Shown here: piece after piece, positions 19,727 to 29,076 of the stretch | Layout: each line of letters starts with the position of its first letter | Position numbering within the stretch: the stretch's first letter is position 1 | UHGV virus genome: UHGV-0198360 | Length of the DNA stretch: 37,260 nt | Strand: one strand, 5' to 3' | Origin: a virus | The notes under the pieces: generated by a model | Told to the model about the DNA's origin: nothing | What the model saw: only the letters and a program-made list of their open reading frames with translations | The model's database searches: none | Program-made: the position numbers and the translations under genes

Positions 19727-20316
19727 CAGGCTAACCTCCACGCCCGGCGGCGTTCTGTTCGTGGAGCTGAGTCAGGGTGACGCTCAACCGGTTCGCCGTC
19801 TGCATGGTCCACCAGCGACCAGCAGGGATAGACGACAACGCCACCATAAGCATCGCCCACGGCATAATCGGCAGGCTTACTGCAGTCCCATTGAGACAGC
19901 ACACGGCTGATGCTTTGAGGCGGTATGCTGTAGCACACGCCATGTATCAGGCGTTGCAGCATAATGAAGTCAGACCTCACCTTATCCGCATTAATCAGGC
20001 GTTCAGCTATCTGCATTTGGTATTGCGGTGGCCGCCCAGTGCCCAGATAAAAACTAAGCATGTCGCCAGGGAAACGAGCCAGCCAGCCCGTAATCTTGTC
20101 TCTGAATCCACGTACAGGCAGCGCGTCGTCTTCCAGCACCACTACCCGGCAAGGTTGCTCAGCAGCCCATTCGATAGCGCGCCGGTGATTCCAGTTCGCA
20201 CCGTGATTCCCTTCATCGATAAGCAGGTGTGCGCCAAGTTCGCCAGCCAGCAATGCAGCTGAGGCATAGCGGGAATGGTGACCAATCACAACATACTTCA
20301 CTTGTGTTTCCACCAT
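19726..20316 (-). CDS. Hypothetical protein, possible small glycosyltransferase-like enzyme (196 aa)
   Basis: ORF track; strong SD AAAGGAGA; beta-strand then acidic VVVLEDD motif reminiscent of DxD glycosyltransferases; assignment tentative. Confidence 0.4.
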   Translation of the reverse strand: MVETQVKYVVIGHHSRYASAALLAGELGAHLLIDEGNHGANWNHRRAIEWAAEQPCRVVVLEDDALPVRGFRDKITGWLARFPGDMLSFYLGTGRPPQYQMQIAERLINADKVRSDFIMLQRLIHGVCYSIPPQSISRVLSQWDCSKPADYAVGDAYGGVVVYPCWSLVDHADGEPVERHPDSAPRTERRRAWRLA

Positions 20317-21755
20317 GCGGTCTCCTTTCCGAAGCCATCCGTTTTAAAGATGGTATGCACCAGAGGGCCGGTAACGATTCGATTACCGAATGACTTTGCA
20401 GCCATCCCGAAAGCGCCCATGTCCACCAGCGTGGCGGGAGCTGCTTCCATCTTCCAGAAGCGGTGGCTTTCAATAAGGTAATGCTGACGGATGATCCGGT
20501 GGGCGAACTCCATTACATCTTCACGGTAGCCACCAATCAGGCCAGCATTAAGCAGTTGCTCATCCCGGTGCAGTTCGAAGAACTCGCTATAAGCTTTGCC
20601 GTGGTGATTGTCCTTCATCCATTCGTCAAAGTAGGTTTTGTGCTCGGAGCCAACGTAAATTTTACCCGGCGCCATCTCTGCCCAAGGCTCACGCAGCATT
20701 TCAACGTCTGTCCCGTCAGTACACCAGACAAGATGGTATTCAGGGTGGGCACGAAGATACTGATAGATGTGAAGCCAGCGAGCAAAGTATGGGCTCATGC
20801 CCAACGGCGGGACTTCAAACAGACCGGCGCCAGTTGGCGACTCTTTTAATTCGTCAGCCAGGACAATCGGCAGCGCGCCGGATATTGAATCTGCCCAAGC
20901 CTGAAGAGCCTGCGGGTCGGGTTTCATCTTCCTGCCTCGCTGTGGGTCTGGCTGGCTTGTGAGCAGCGTCGTAATCACTAGATTTGGATTTCTGCTGTAC
21001 GAGGCAAAGCCTGTATAACCGCTGTCGCGTCGAGCGTTGAAGATGCCAACGTTTCTTTTTACCAGTGCCTCTCGGTCAGGCCGTGGTATTGAGCGCACGC
21101 CCTCTTCGTACTCGTCCATTGAGTGAATCAGCTTTTCAGAGCCAACTACATCAGCGAACGCCCACGACGTTAAACCAGCGTTGTGAATCCGAAGCGCCAG
21201 ATCGGGATGCTCGTACATGCCGCGACCGTATACCGGATCGAATCCGCCAACCTTCTTGATGGCGCTGCGGTGGTAGTAAAGCATCACCCCGCGCTGACCA
21301 GTGTAAGCAACATGCTTATCATCACGGTACAGCTCCGCCATGTCGTTCAGCTTATTGCGACCAGCCAGATCCAGAAACTGGTAAGCCAGGTGCGGCTCTG
21401 GTGATTCGATGTAGGGAAGATGCCAGTTATCGGCGATGGGCCAGGCATCATCATCCCATAAAAACAGATGCTCGCACCCGACATCCATCAGGGCTGACAG
21501 GCTGGCGTTCTTCGAGGCAACAATGCCGAGTGATGTTTCATGGCGAAGCAGTTGCACGCCGTCGGGTGCTATCGCTGCAGGTTTTGAACCATCATCGACA
21601 ACCACCAGCAGCGCACCGGCTGGCAGATGCTTCTGGTGCTGCTCAACAGCACGCTTTAAAACGTCCGCCCGGTTGTGGGTGGTAATCGCAATGCCAATCC
21701 GTGACGCTGAAGCACAGGCAGGCAAATACGGGACACCATCAATAGTGACCTGCAT
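20298..21755 (-). CDS. Glycosyltransferase family 2-like protein with extra C-terminal domain (485 aa)
   Basis: ORF track; N-terminal GT-A-like motifs (GIAITTHNRADVL, VVVDDGS, LWDDDAW); SD GGAGA before ATG. Confidence 0.55.
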   Translation of the reverse strand: MQVTIDGVPYLPACASASRIGIAITTHNRADVLKRAVEQHQKHLPAGALLVVVDDGSKPAAIAPDGVQLLRHETSLGIVASKNASLSALMDVGCEHLFLWDDDAWPIADNWHLPYIESPEPHLAYQFLDLAGRNKLNDMAELYRDDKHVAYTGQRGVMLYYHRSAIKKVGGFDPVYGRGMYEHPDLALRIHNAGLTSWAFADVVGSEKLIHSMDEYEEGVRSIPRPDREALVKRNVGIFNARRDSGYTGFASYSRNPNLVITTLLTSQPDPQRGRKMKPDPQALQAWADSISGALPIVLADELKESPTGAGLFEVPPLGMSPYFARWLHIYQYLRAHPEYHLVWCTDGTDVEMLREPWAEMAPGKIYVGSEHKTYFDEWMKDNHHGKAYSEFFELHRDEQLLNAGLIGGYREDVMEFAHRIIRQHYLIESHRFWKMEAAPATLVDMGAFGMAAKSFGNRIVTGPLVHTIFKTDGFGKETAWWKHK

Positions 21756-21772
21756 AATTTCTCCATCAGGGT

Positions 21773-22000
21773 TTATTGACGCTTAATGGTGACCTTCCCG
21801 TAAAGCGACCGCCGTTTCACTTCGCCGTTCTCTGCCGTCATATACCCGCGCTCATCGGGTACAGCGGCAATCACCTCGCCTTTTTCATCATCAGCAGTGA
21901 AAACATGCTTAACCTCTACACCGTCGAGATAAACGGTGTATCGTTCCTGAGCGAGATTAATTTTTCTGCCGGGATCGTCATCTAATACAGTGAGACGCAT
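21773..22000 (-). CDS. Hypothetical protein (75 aa)
   Basis: Track ORF trimmed to internal ATG (MRLTVLDDDPGRKINLAQERY...) preceded by SD GGAGGA; avoids overlap with upstream gene. Confidence 0.5.
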   Translation of the reverse strand: MRLTVLDDDPGRKINLAQERYTVYLDGVEVKHVFTADDEKGEVIAAVPDERGYMTAENGEVKRRSLYGKVTIKRQ

Positions 22001-22019
22001 AAATCCTCCACAGGATTCC

Positions 22020-22253
22020 TTAAGTGAAAGAGATGCCAAAACTAACCAGGACGGTTTTCTTTTCCTCAATCCGGCGATTAAGTTCAGCCACTGCATGTGG
22101 GCGAATAGCATCAACAAAGGCTTTATCCTGATAGGTAGACTGAATTGTCACACCAAGCCCATCACCACTTTCCAGTATGCCTTTCTGTCGTTGTAGCTCT
22201 TTTATCCCGTTGTTGATGTAATATGCTTCGGTCAGATTTTCGACATTCATCAT
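22020..22253 (-). CDS. Hypothetical protein (77 aa)
   Basis: ORF track; start ATG overlaps Rz stop (ATGA). Confidence 0.45.
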   Translation of the reverse strand: MMNVENLTEAYYINNGIKELQRQKGILESGDGLGVTIQSTYQDKAFVDAIRPHAVAELNRRIEEKKTVLVSFGISFT

Positions 22254-22783
22254 TCAACCCTTTTGTTATTCGACTCTCTTACCGAGTCGTAAACACGCTC
22301 ACACGTCATTCCAGCGTTGTAGCGGTCGTCAGCGATTCCAGCATATCGTTTAGCCTCTTCTGCAAGGCGTCCGAGCATGTTGGCAAGCAATCCTGCGTTG
22401 GCTCCGCCTGTTTTGCTTCTGACGGCAGCGGCAAGATCTGAGGTGTGCTTTGCTGCGTCCAGGCGGGCGGCAAGCTTTGTTGCTTCGGTACGCAACTGGC
22501 TAACAATGGCAGACAGGCCAGCAGCAGTGGCAGCAGATTTAGCGGCTTGTGCTTGTGCATCTTTAACAGCCTCATCACGGGCAATAATTCGCCCTTGTTC
22601 AATCATGCGGGCGGCGGTCTGGGCGTTCGCTTCCTGTGAAGATTCCACGCTATTGCGGTCAGCCCACTTCTTTTGCCAGCCCCGCTCACTCCAGACATTC
22701 CCGGCAAGAAACGCGCCAGCTAACATCAGCAAAACAATGATTGTATTCCACCGCGCCTTAACAAAAGCAAAGACCGCTGTCAT
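22250..22783 (-). CDS. Rz-like i-spanin (177 aa)
   Basis: ORF track; N-terminal transmembrane helix ([14 protein letters not shown]), Ala/Gln-rich coiled-coil periplasmic domain; immediately downstream of endolysin. Confidence 0.75.
   Translation of the reverse strand: MTAVFAFVKARWNTIIVLLMLAGAFLAGNVWSERGWQKKWADRNSVESSQEANAQTAARMIEQGRIIARDEAVKDAQAQAAKSAATAAGLSAIVSQLRTEATKLAARLDAAKHTSDLAAAVRSKTGGANAGLLANMLGRLAEEAKRYAGIADDRYNAGMTCERVYDSVRESNNKRVE
22306..22560 (-). CDS. Rz1-like o-spanin, embedded in the +1 frame of Rz
   Basis: Embedded ORF with lipobox LLASC followed by a Pro-rich sequence; start taken at the internal Met of the track ORF ([23 protein letters not shown]...). Confidence 0.6.
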   Translation of the reverse strand: MHKHKPLNLLPLLLACLPLLASCVPKQQSLPPAWTQQSTPQILPLPSEAKQAEPTQDCLPTCSDALQKRLNDMLESLTTATTLE

Positions 22784-23397
22784 ACCAGCAACGCCGCCCG
22801 CGCTTTGTTATAACGACTATTTCTGTCAGCCAGCCCGTTCTGGCCACCGTTGATGATCTGCGTGACACGAACAACATCACCTGAATACATAAGGCAACCA
22901 CGTAAGGTGAAGTACCATGCCGCCGAACGAGCCGCATGTCGCTCTTGCGTCAGAAGTTCTGGCGTACTGACAAGGTCAAGCTTCAGCGCCAAACCGCATT
23001 TGGTGTAGTTCTCGCGGCCGGTGATTTGAAGCAGGCCACGACCGCGATATTTCCAGCCATCACCCGGGCTGTTATTTCCCATGCGGTCACCATAAACCAG
23101 ATTGGCTATTTGCGGCTGGTGGGCCACTTGCTTACCATCTACTCGCCCCAGCATTTCACACTGATACGGTGTCAGGCGTTTACCAAAGGTTTTCTTTAGC
23201 CCGTCTACCGAGTAGTTGAAGCTCTCGACCAGCGAGGTAAAACCAGCAGATTCATGCCCAATTTGTGCAATGAACATAGCCAGATCGTTTACTGCTGTGA
23301 TTCCAAACTCTTTCATTGCCGCATCAATGTGCGGAAACCAGCGTGCAGAAAGCCCGGCGCTGATACCAGCCGCCTGCTGAAATTGTTGTTGGTTCAT
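22780..23397 (-). CDS. Endolysin, glycoside hydrolase family 19 (chitinase-like) type (205 aa)
   Basis: ORF track; motif [12 protein letters not shown] and overall pattern typical of GH19-type phage lysins; overlaps Rz start. Confidence 0.7.
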   Translation of the reverse strand: MNQQQFQQAAGISAGLSARWFPHIDAAMKEFGITAVNDLAMFIAQIGHESAGFTSLVESFNYSVDGLKKTFGKRLTPYQCEMLGRVDGKQVAHQPQIANLVYGDRMGNNSPGDGWKYRGRGLLQITGRENYTKCGLALKLDLVSTPELLTQERHAARSAAWYFTLRGCLMYSGDVVRVTQIINGGQNGLADRNSRYNKARAALLV

Positions 23398-23406
23398 GGG
23401 GATCCT

Positions 23407-23742
23407 TTACTTGGCGTCGCCACCAAAGCGAACATTGAAAACGCGTGTGGCCACCGAGCGCACCTGCTCAACGCCAACGAACCCCAGCGCGCCACCGATA
23501 GCAATGGAAAGTGACTGCGGAAGACTGAAATACTCGAGTGCGGAAACAGCCGTCAGTGTCATGGCGCCACACATCAACCCTTCCAGCACCATCTTTTTCC
23601 AGCCGCCGCCACCATATGCAATCCGCAGTACAGCCATCGCTACCGATAAAAGAACTGCGCCAATTGGCGTATCACCGCGCCACCAGCTATGAAGTAACTC
23701 AATTAACTCCGTCCAGGAGTGAGGGTCGTTGTGCATTTTCAT
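23407..23742 (-). CDS. Holin, lambda S-like with MKM dual-start motif (111 aa)
   Basis: ORF track; N-terminus MKMHND parallels lambda S Met1-Lys2-Met3; hydrophobic segments; SD GGAGGTG; directly upstream of endolysin. Confidence 0.7.
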   Translation of the reverse strand: MKMHNDPHSWTELIELLHSWWRGDTPIGAVLLSVAMAVLRIAYGGGGWKKMVLEGLMCGAMTLTAVSALEYFSLPQSLSIAIGGALGFVGVEQVRSVATRVFNVRFGGDAK

Positions 23743-23909
23743 GGTCTCTCACCTCCGATTCTTCGGATGGCGCTGTGTGATGAAAGGAGGATCAGGCTTC
23801 TGGGCTCTTATGCAAAGGTGAAAGTAATGGTGATTCCCAGAGCCTGAAATAGAAAAGGCCGCCAAATGGCAGCCTATAGATTATGTCCCGCGTTTTACTA
23901 GAGAGTGAA

Positions 23910-24152
23910 TTAAGCCTCTAGTTCATTTAAATAGCGATGACCCTTTGACGTGATTCTATTCACTATCCAGCTGTCGTCACGTTCAGACGTACTCTGCACA
24001 GCATTTACCAGTCCCAACTCAGCGAGATCAGAAATAGCAAAATTTACCGCTTCCGCTGGTATGTGAGGCAGATTTAAAGATTGAATTACTTCATGTGGTC
24101 CAAGAGCGCTTGCGCGACGCAGAATTTCGATATGAACAGATGTTAATTTCAT
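23910..24152 (-). CDS. Hypothetical protein (80 aa), cargo gene between tR' and holin
   Basis: ORF track; AT-rich; lies at the position occupied by stx and other morons in lambdoid phages. Confidence 0.45.
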   Translation of the reverse strand: MKLTSVHIEILRRASALGPHEVIQSLNLPHIPAEAVNFAISDLAELGLVNAVQSTSERDDSWIVNRITSKGHRYLNELEA

Positions 24153-24233
24153 TATGCCGCCTTTGTGTTGTCGTTTTGCTTGCGGCTATTGTAACACATT
24201 GATTTTGACGTAGATTGAATGGCCTAGCACCCA

Positions 24234-24258
24234 AAAAAACCCGCTCGGTGGCGGGCTT
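24234..24258 (-). terminator. Candidate tR'-like intrinsic terminator downstream of late promoter
   Basis: Minus strand hairpin CCCGCCACCGAGCGGG followed by T7. Confidence 0.6.
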
Positions 24259-24268
24259 CTTAACTCTG

Positions 24269-24296
24269 AACATACAATGCCCATCGTTAATGTCAA
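24269..24296 (-). promoter_or_regulatory. Candidate late promoter (PR'-like)
   Basis: Minus strand TTGACA - 16 nt - TATGTT located 44 bp downstream of the Q-like gene stop and just upstream of the terminator. Confidence 0.55.
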
Positions 24297-24339
24297 ATAT
24301 ACACAAAAACGGCAACATTGCAAACATCGTGACGCTAAA

Positions 24340-25170
24340 TTACGCGATATTTATCACATCTTCACTTTTAGTCACCCGGTTCAGTTGAGAACTTGAATAA
24401 CTCTCCTCCTGGAAACATTTGGTCACCAAGATTTCATAGAATGGTTTCCAGCTATAACGCCACGTCCGGTCTGGCAGACTGGGCAACTCGGAAAAAACAC
24501 CGCGATAGGCAACCGATGATTTTGGCCTGCTGTATCCCCGACCTTCACAGCGCTTACATTCTTTGTAAACCGGTACGCCCTGCAGTTCTGTCGCTTTACG
24601 GTCAATAGTCTTACCTGTGCCGCCGCACTGGCATCGCTTACTTAACTTTCCGGTGCCATGGCAGCGGGAACATAACGTATGATCAGTGTCAGTTACATCG
24701 CGCTTAACCTCAAAGTCAGATGGTGACTGTCTCAGGTCTTTTGCCCATTGTGGCAATCGCATTGTGTAATGGCTTTTAGTCACGGTTTTAGTGGTTGTAA
24801 GCAACCCTTTACCACTACATTTTGGGCATGCCACACAATCAGCTGCTGATGAGGAATAATCGTTATAGGCAAACCGGGCAAGGATACGCATGCAGAGGGG
24901 AAACTTTTTCCCTGATGCTTTACGAATAGCCATGGGAGCATGCTCTTTCGCGTACTCCGTTAGCCAGGCAATTGACGCCTCCCTGTCCTGGCTGCTGATA
25001 CAAGCTTTACCCAGAAACATTGCCAGCCCGATGCCCGCATCAGCCTGAGTCATCCCCAGTGCCGCCATTACATCAGTCACAGTAAGTTGCTCACTTGCTG
25101 TCGCTCTGCTGGTATCTGAGATGTGCATGCCTTTAGGCGCAAAAAACTTTAAAACATTGTCCAGATTCAT
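24340..25170 (-). CDS. Late antiterminator Q-like protein with four CxxCxGxG zinc-finger repeats
   Basis: ORF trimmed to ATG at 25170 (SD GGAGA); repeats CPKCSGKG, CSRCHGTG, CQCGGTG, CKRCEGRG; position immediately upstream of late promoter/terminator and lysis genes. Confidence 0.6.
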   Translation of the reverse strand: MNLDNVLKFFAPKGMHISDTSRATASEQLTVTDVMAALGMTQADAGIGLAMFLGKACISSQDREASIAWLTEYAKEHAPMAIRKASGKKFPLCMRILARFAYNDYSSSAADCVACPKCSGKGLLTTTKTVTKSHYTMRLPQWAKDLRQSPSDFEVKRDVTDTDHTLCSRCHGTGKLSKRCQCGGTGKTIDRKATELQGVPVYKECKRCEGRGYSRPKSSVAYRGVFSELPSLPDRTWRYSWKPFYEILVTKCFQEESYSSSQLNRVTKSEDVINIA

Positions 25171-25186
25171 ACGGTCTCCATACTTC

Positions 25187-26146
25187 TTAAGCTGTCGCAA
25201 TTACGCCGATCGCCAGCGCCCGATCCATAAAACGCAGTAGCAGCTCAAGCTGCGTACCATGCTTTTGCTCGAATGCCGGTACATCGGCGTGTAACTCATC
25301 GTGGCACTCTCTGCACAGAGGGATCACGAAGAGGTCATGGGCTTTTGTTGCTGTACCACCCATACCGTGCCCTACGATATGGTGCGGATCATCTGCTGGC
25401 CGTCGGCAACACTCACAGGGTTGTGTTTTAACCCAGCGGGTGTACGTCTCATTTATCCAGCGGCGTCGCTTTGGCCTGAGCATGAAAGACTCTGGCGACT
25501 CTGGATCAACAGAGAGCGTGAGGATCTTCTTCGCCTTCTCCTGAACGAGTCTGGTTGCTGACGAGGAAGGCACTATGTCGCTTTCCCTCATGACAGAACG
25601 GATCTTCTCATCCGGAAGGCGCAGCCCTTTGTGCGCAACGCTTTCCGGAATAATATCAGCCAGGTCGTTTCTGACCATCCACCAGCACAGTTCCGGAAGC
25701 GTCAGGATATGCGACTCGGGAAAACCAGAATCACGCCGAATGACTTCCAGAATCCAGGATACCAGGTTTCCGGCCGCTATACCTGCAAGCTGTTCGGTAT
25801 GCTGCCCCGACAAAGTGTGATCGCAATGCCAGCACAGGCGAATACTTCCTGGTGGGTGCCGCATTGTTGTGAAGTTCTTGTCGTGCCACGATGAATGTGG
25901 CCACTGGCATTCAAACCGATTACTCAACCATTGCTCAAGGGAAGAAATCCCACCGGCACGCTGAATAACCCTCTCATTCTCGAAGACCTGACGCATTACC
26001 GGATCATCAGTCAGCGGCTGAATGGCTGCCGGAACAGCCCCGGTACTGAATGACGCCATTTCTTCTGGTTCAGGCTCGAGCAGAACGCGACCACGCATGA
26101 AGAGGTGCATCAGTTCCGCACCAGGACGGAACAACACAATCCCCAT
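25187..26146 (-). CDS. DUF968-like protein with C-terminal HNH-like Cys/His motif (start uncertain)
   Basis: ORF track (342 aa from GTG at 26215); C-terminal CECCRRPADDPHHIV...CRECHDELH; several in-frame Met candidates and none has a strong SD. Confidence 0.5.
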   Translation of the reverse strand: MGIVLFRPGAELMHLFMRGRVLLEPEPEEMASFSTGAVPAAIQPLTDDPVMRQVFENERVIQRAGGISSLEQWLSNRFECQWPHSSWHDKNFTTMRHPPGSIRLCWHCDHTLSGQHTEQLAGIAAGNLVSWILEVIRRDSGFPESHILTLPELCWWMVRNDLADIIPESVAHKGLRLPDEKIRSVMRESDIVPSSSATRLVQEKAKKILTLSVDPESPESFMLRPKRRRWINETYTRWVKTQPCECCRRPADDPHHIVGHGMGGTATKAHDLFVIPLCRECHDELHADVPAFEQKHGTQLELLLRFMDRALAIGVIATA

Positions 26147-26178
26147 ACGATGGGCGATCTCGGGGGTAAGCAGAGCTC

Positions 26179-26862
26179 TCACGCGACCTGCCCCCTGGCA
26201 ATGTGTTCTGCCCACAGTCCACCAATCCAGCGCACGCCTTTCGCCGTGAAACGTGCCTGGCTGAATGCATGATTTGAGGTTACGGATGTGCCGGTTTTCA
26301 CTTCAAAACGGCCCGCATCAATATGCTGATGCCGTGGGGTCATCGTTCCGCCAAGGCGATACATAATGTCGTTCTCAAGGAGGAATAACCGCAGATCTGG
26401 CTCTTTGGCCTTAAGCAGTTTTGCCACCTGGCGGAATGACATTGACCCACTGGCTGTACAGTACCGATCAACAAACGCTACCTTCGGCGCCGCGGCAGCC
26501 AGTTCGTTAGTCAACTGCTGTTTTTGTTCTGCAAGGTCAGCTGCAAGACGTAGGGCTTCAGAGAATGATTGAGGAATCGTCTGCTGCTGTGCCTGCTCAA
26601 GCTCCTGCCAGCGATCAACCAGACGCGCGGTAAACTCCGGCGACAGCTGCGCGACAACGATATAACTGTCCCGCTTCCCTATCAGATAAACCGATACCGA
26701 CTGATTGAGGTGATTTTTAACTTCCCCCATTGGGGGGAGTTCAATAACACCGCGCTCTGCCAGGCGTTCAATGGACCGTTTAACATGGTCATGTCGTGAT
26801 TCCACCAGCTCAGCAATATCGCTGCTGGACATGGTTAATGCTGTTGTTGCTAACTGGCTCAT
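26179..26862 (-). CDS. Rha-family phage regulatory protein / antirepressor-like (227 aa)
   Basis: ORF trimmed to ATG with SD GGAGAAAAGT; N-terminus MSSSDIAELVESRHDHVKRSIERL matches the Rha-family pattern. Confidence 0.6.
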   Translation of the reverse strand: MSQLATTALTMSSSDIAELVESRHDHVKRSIERLAERGVIELPPMGEVKNHLNQSVSVYLIGKRDSYIVVAQLSPEFTARLVDRWQELEQAQQQTIPQSFSEALRLAADLAEQKQQLTNELAAAAPKVAFVDRYCTASGSMSFRQVAKLLKAKEPDLRLFLLENDIMYRLGGTMTPRHQHIDAGRFEVKTGTSVTSNHAFSQARFTAKGVRWIGGLWAEHIARGQVA

Positions 26863-26875
26863 ACTTTTCTCCATA

Positions 26876-27262
26876 TCAGGCGGCTGCACCCGCCGGTTCA
26901 TATCTGCTGATCGTTATCTCTACCCGACCTTTCGGCACTACGGGTCCCCATTCCACCAGCATGCGCTTAATCTGGCTGTCGTCTTCCCAGACACCCGCAT
27001 GCGTCAGCGCGTCAAACAGGGCTTTGTTGTAATTATCGATATCCCGGCGGCGCGCATCCGGCGGGTACAGAGTGATTTCTACCGCTGCCAGTTCAGTCGA
27101 TGGCTTCGGGAGACGTCGTAATTGCTCAATGATCGCCACGCAGGCAGCGCTCTGGTATTTACGACCATCAGCGCTAATGAGGTGACGACCGGCCAGCGGC
27201 CCCTTATTAGGGGCGCGCCAGTACGTGTTCACGCTCGGAGGGAACGGGAGCACAAGTTTCAT
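26876..27262 (-). CDS. rusA: Holliday junction resolvase RusA (128 aa)
   Basis: ORF trimmed to ATG (SD AGGAGGTGGC, ATGA overlap with methyltransferase stop); MKLVLPFPPSVNTYW and Asp-rich catalytic region typical of RusA. Confidence 0.8.
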   Translation of the reverse strand: MKLVLPFPPSVNTYWRAPNKGPLAGRHLISADGRKYQSAACVAIIEQLRRLPKPSTELAAVEITLYPPDARRRDIDNYNKALFDALTHAGVWEDDSQIKRMLVEWGPVVPKGRVEITISRYEPAGAAA

Positions 27263-29076
27263 GCCACCTCCTGCTGTTGCACTGCACACAGTTCCGGAAG
27301 ATTTGCCTCCACCAGCGCCCTGGCGAATGGTGGTGGTACCGCATTACCGCAGCGGGCTACCTGCTTATCTTTTGCATAGAGATTTCCACGGTAGTCCTGA
27401 TCAATAACGTAACCATCCGGGAAGCCCTGCGCTTTGTAGAGTTCATGCGGCTGCAACATGCGCATTCCGATATCAACGATCTGGTATTTAACCCCATCGA
27501 TCGTTACCAGCCATTCATCGTCACTTTCCCCGCAATACGTCTCGAGAAATGTGCGTACCTCACCCACGTGTTGGCCACCAGCGGTGATTGTTGGCATTGG
27601 CACATCAAGGCGTTGCCCGTCGCGGCATGTTCCACGCAGTTTCACCAGATGAGAGGCAACTACCGCATGATGGTCGACAGTGGTCACTGAATGCGCGGGT
27701 TCATCCATACTGACACCCGGCCCCGTATAGTTACCGCCGTAGTGTTTCGCCAGGAACGCGCCCACCAATTGTGATTTACCGCCACCACCAGCTGTAATTG
27801 TGGCGCTCGGTTCGTCTGCCCGGTGGCCGACGCTGGCCCCAAACTGGCGGGCTATCACTGGCGCAACAAGACAGGCGCGGGATTGCTTCAGAATGGTATG
27901 AGCAGGTTTATCCAGCGGGCGCGGTTTAGCCTGGTATTCACTACCACCATTACCCGCCAGAAATGGTGTTAGTGCAGCCTCAACAATCCCGAGAGCATGC
28001 CCATTCCCACCCGGACGTTTTGATGTGCCAGCGGTTACCGTCGGGACAGGTTCGGTAACGGGCTGCCCGGTTGCGCCAGTGCGGAATTTTGTCAGATGTG
28101 GAACAGCTAACGCGTAACCGTGGGTTTTAGTAATAGTTTGCAAAGGCTCGTCCAGCTTCTGACCGCGGAAACAGTCGTAACTCGTTTTGGTGCTGGTGTG
28201 ATTGCACTTCACGATAAACGGCGACGCACTTTCGATAACAAAGCGCTGTATGCCGCGCGCGATCCGCTTCAGAGTGTTCTCCGCCAGCGGTTTTTTGCGG
28301 TCGAAGATGGACAGGGCCGGAACATTCCAGTCGATACATTCCGCAGCGGTACGCCATGGCATCAGCCTGCCACTTTGCACCTCCAGCGACTTAGGATCCC
28401 CATGGCTAACAGCAGGCCACTGGATTGGGCAACCATCGCAACGCATAACCATGAAGAAGCGTTTGCGGATCGTCGGCGCGCCGTAATCACACGCGCGTAG
28501 TTCGCGATAATCAACATCATATCCGAGCCCATCCACCAGCTTTTGCGCCTGCTCGCTACCTCTTTCGATAGACAGAAACTCACAAACCTCAGCCAGTGCC
28601 GGGTGATCAGCAGGAATGCCAGTGGACAGCATGCCGACAAATGCATTGAATGTTTCGCCAGTGCGGGCAGGATCCGGACGCATTTCATCGGCCAGCAGCG
28701 GTCCCCACGTTTTGAACTCTTCCACGTTCTCCAGCATCATCACGCGCGGTCGCTTTGCCAGTGCCCAACGCAGAACAATCCAGGCCAGACCGCGTATCTC
28801 TTTTTTCACTGGCTTTGCGCCTTTTGCCTTCGAGAAGTGTCGGCAGTCCGGGCTAAACCATGCCAGGCCGACAGGATTACCGCCGGTGGCAGCTACCGGA
28901 TCCACGTCAAAAACGGATTCACAATAATGCAGTGTGTCCGGGTGGTTCGTCTTGTGCATCGCAATGGCGTTTTCGTCGTGGTTGATCGCAATATCCACGC
29001 TGCGCCCGATCGCCAGTTCAATACCCGTTGATGCGCCACCGCCACCAGCAAAGTTATCAACAATAATCTCACGCAT
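27259..29076 (-). CDS. DNA cytosine-5 methyltransferase (605 aa)
   Basis: ORF track; motif I DNFAGGGG, PC motif region SPDCRHFS, ENV motif MLENVEEF. Confidence 0.8.
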   Translation of the reverse strand: MREIIVDNFAGGGGASTGIELAIGRSVDIAINHDENAIAMHKTNHPDTLHYCESVFDVDPVAATGGNPVGLAWFSPDCRHFSKAKGAKPVKKEIRGLAWIVLRWALAKRPRVMMLENVEEFKTWGPLLADEMRPDPARTGETFNAFVGMLSTGIPADHPALAEVCEFLSIERGSEQAQKLVDGLGYDVDYRELRACDYGAPTIRKRFFMVMRCDGCPIQWPAVSHGDPKSLEVQSGRLMPWRTAAECIDWNVPALSIFDRKKPLAENTLKRIARGIQRFVIESASPFIVKCNHTSTKTSYDCFRGQKLDEPLQTITKTHGYALAVPHLTKFRTGATGQPVTEPVPTVTAGTSKRPGGNGHALGIVEAALTPFLAGNGGSEYQAKPRPLDKPAHTILKQSRACLVAPVIARQFGASVGHRADEPSATITAGGGGKSQLVGAFLAKHYGGNYTGPGVSMDEPAHSVTTVDHHAVVASHLVKLRGTCRDGQRLDVPMPTITAGGQHVGEVRTFLETYCGESDDEWLVTIDGVKYQIVDIGMRMLQPHELYKAQGFPDGYVIDQDYRGNLYAKDKQVARCGNAVPPPFARALVEANLPELCAVQQQEVA

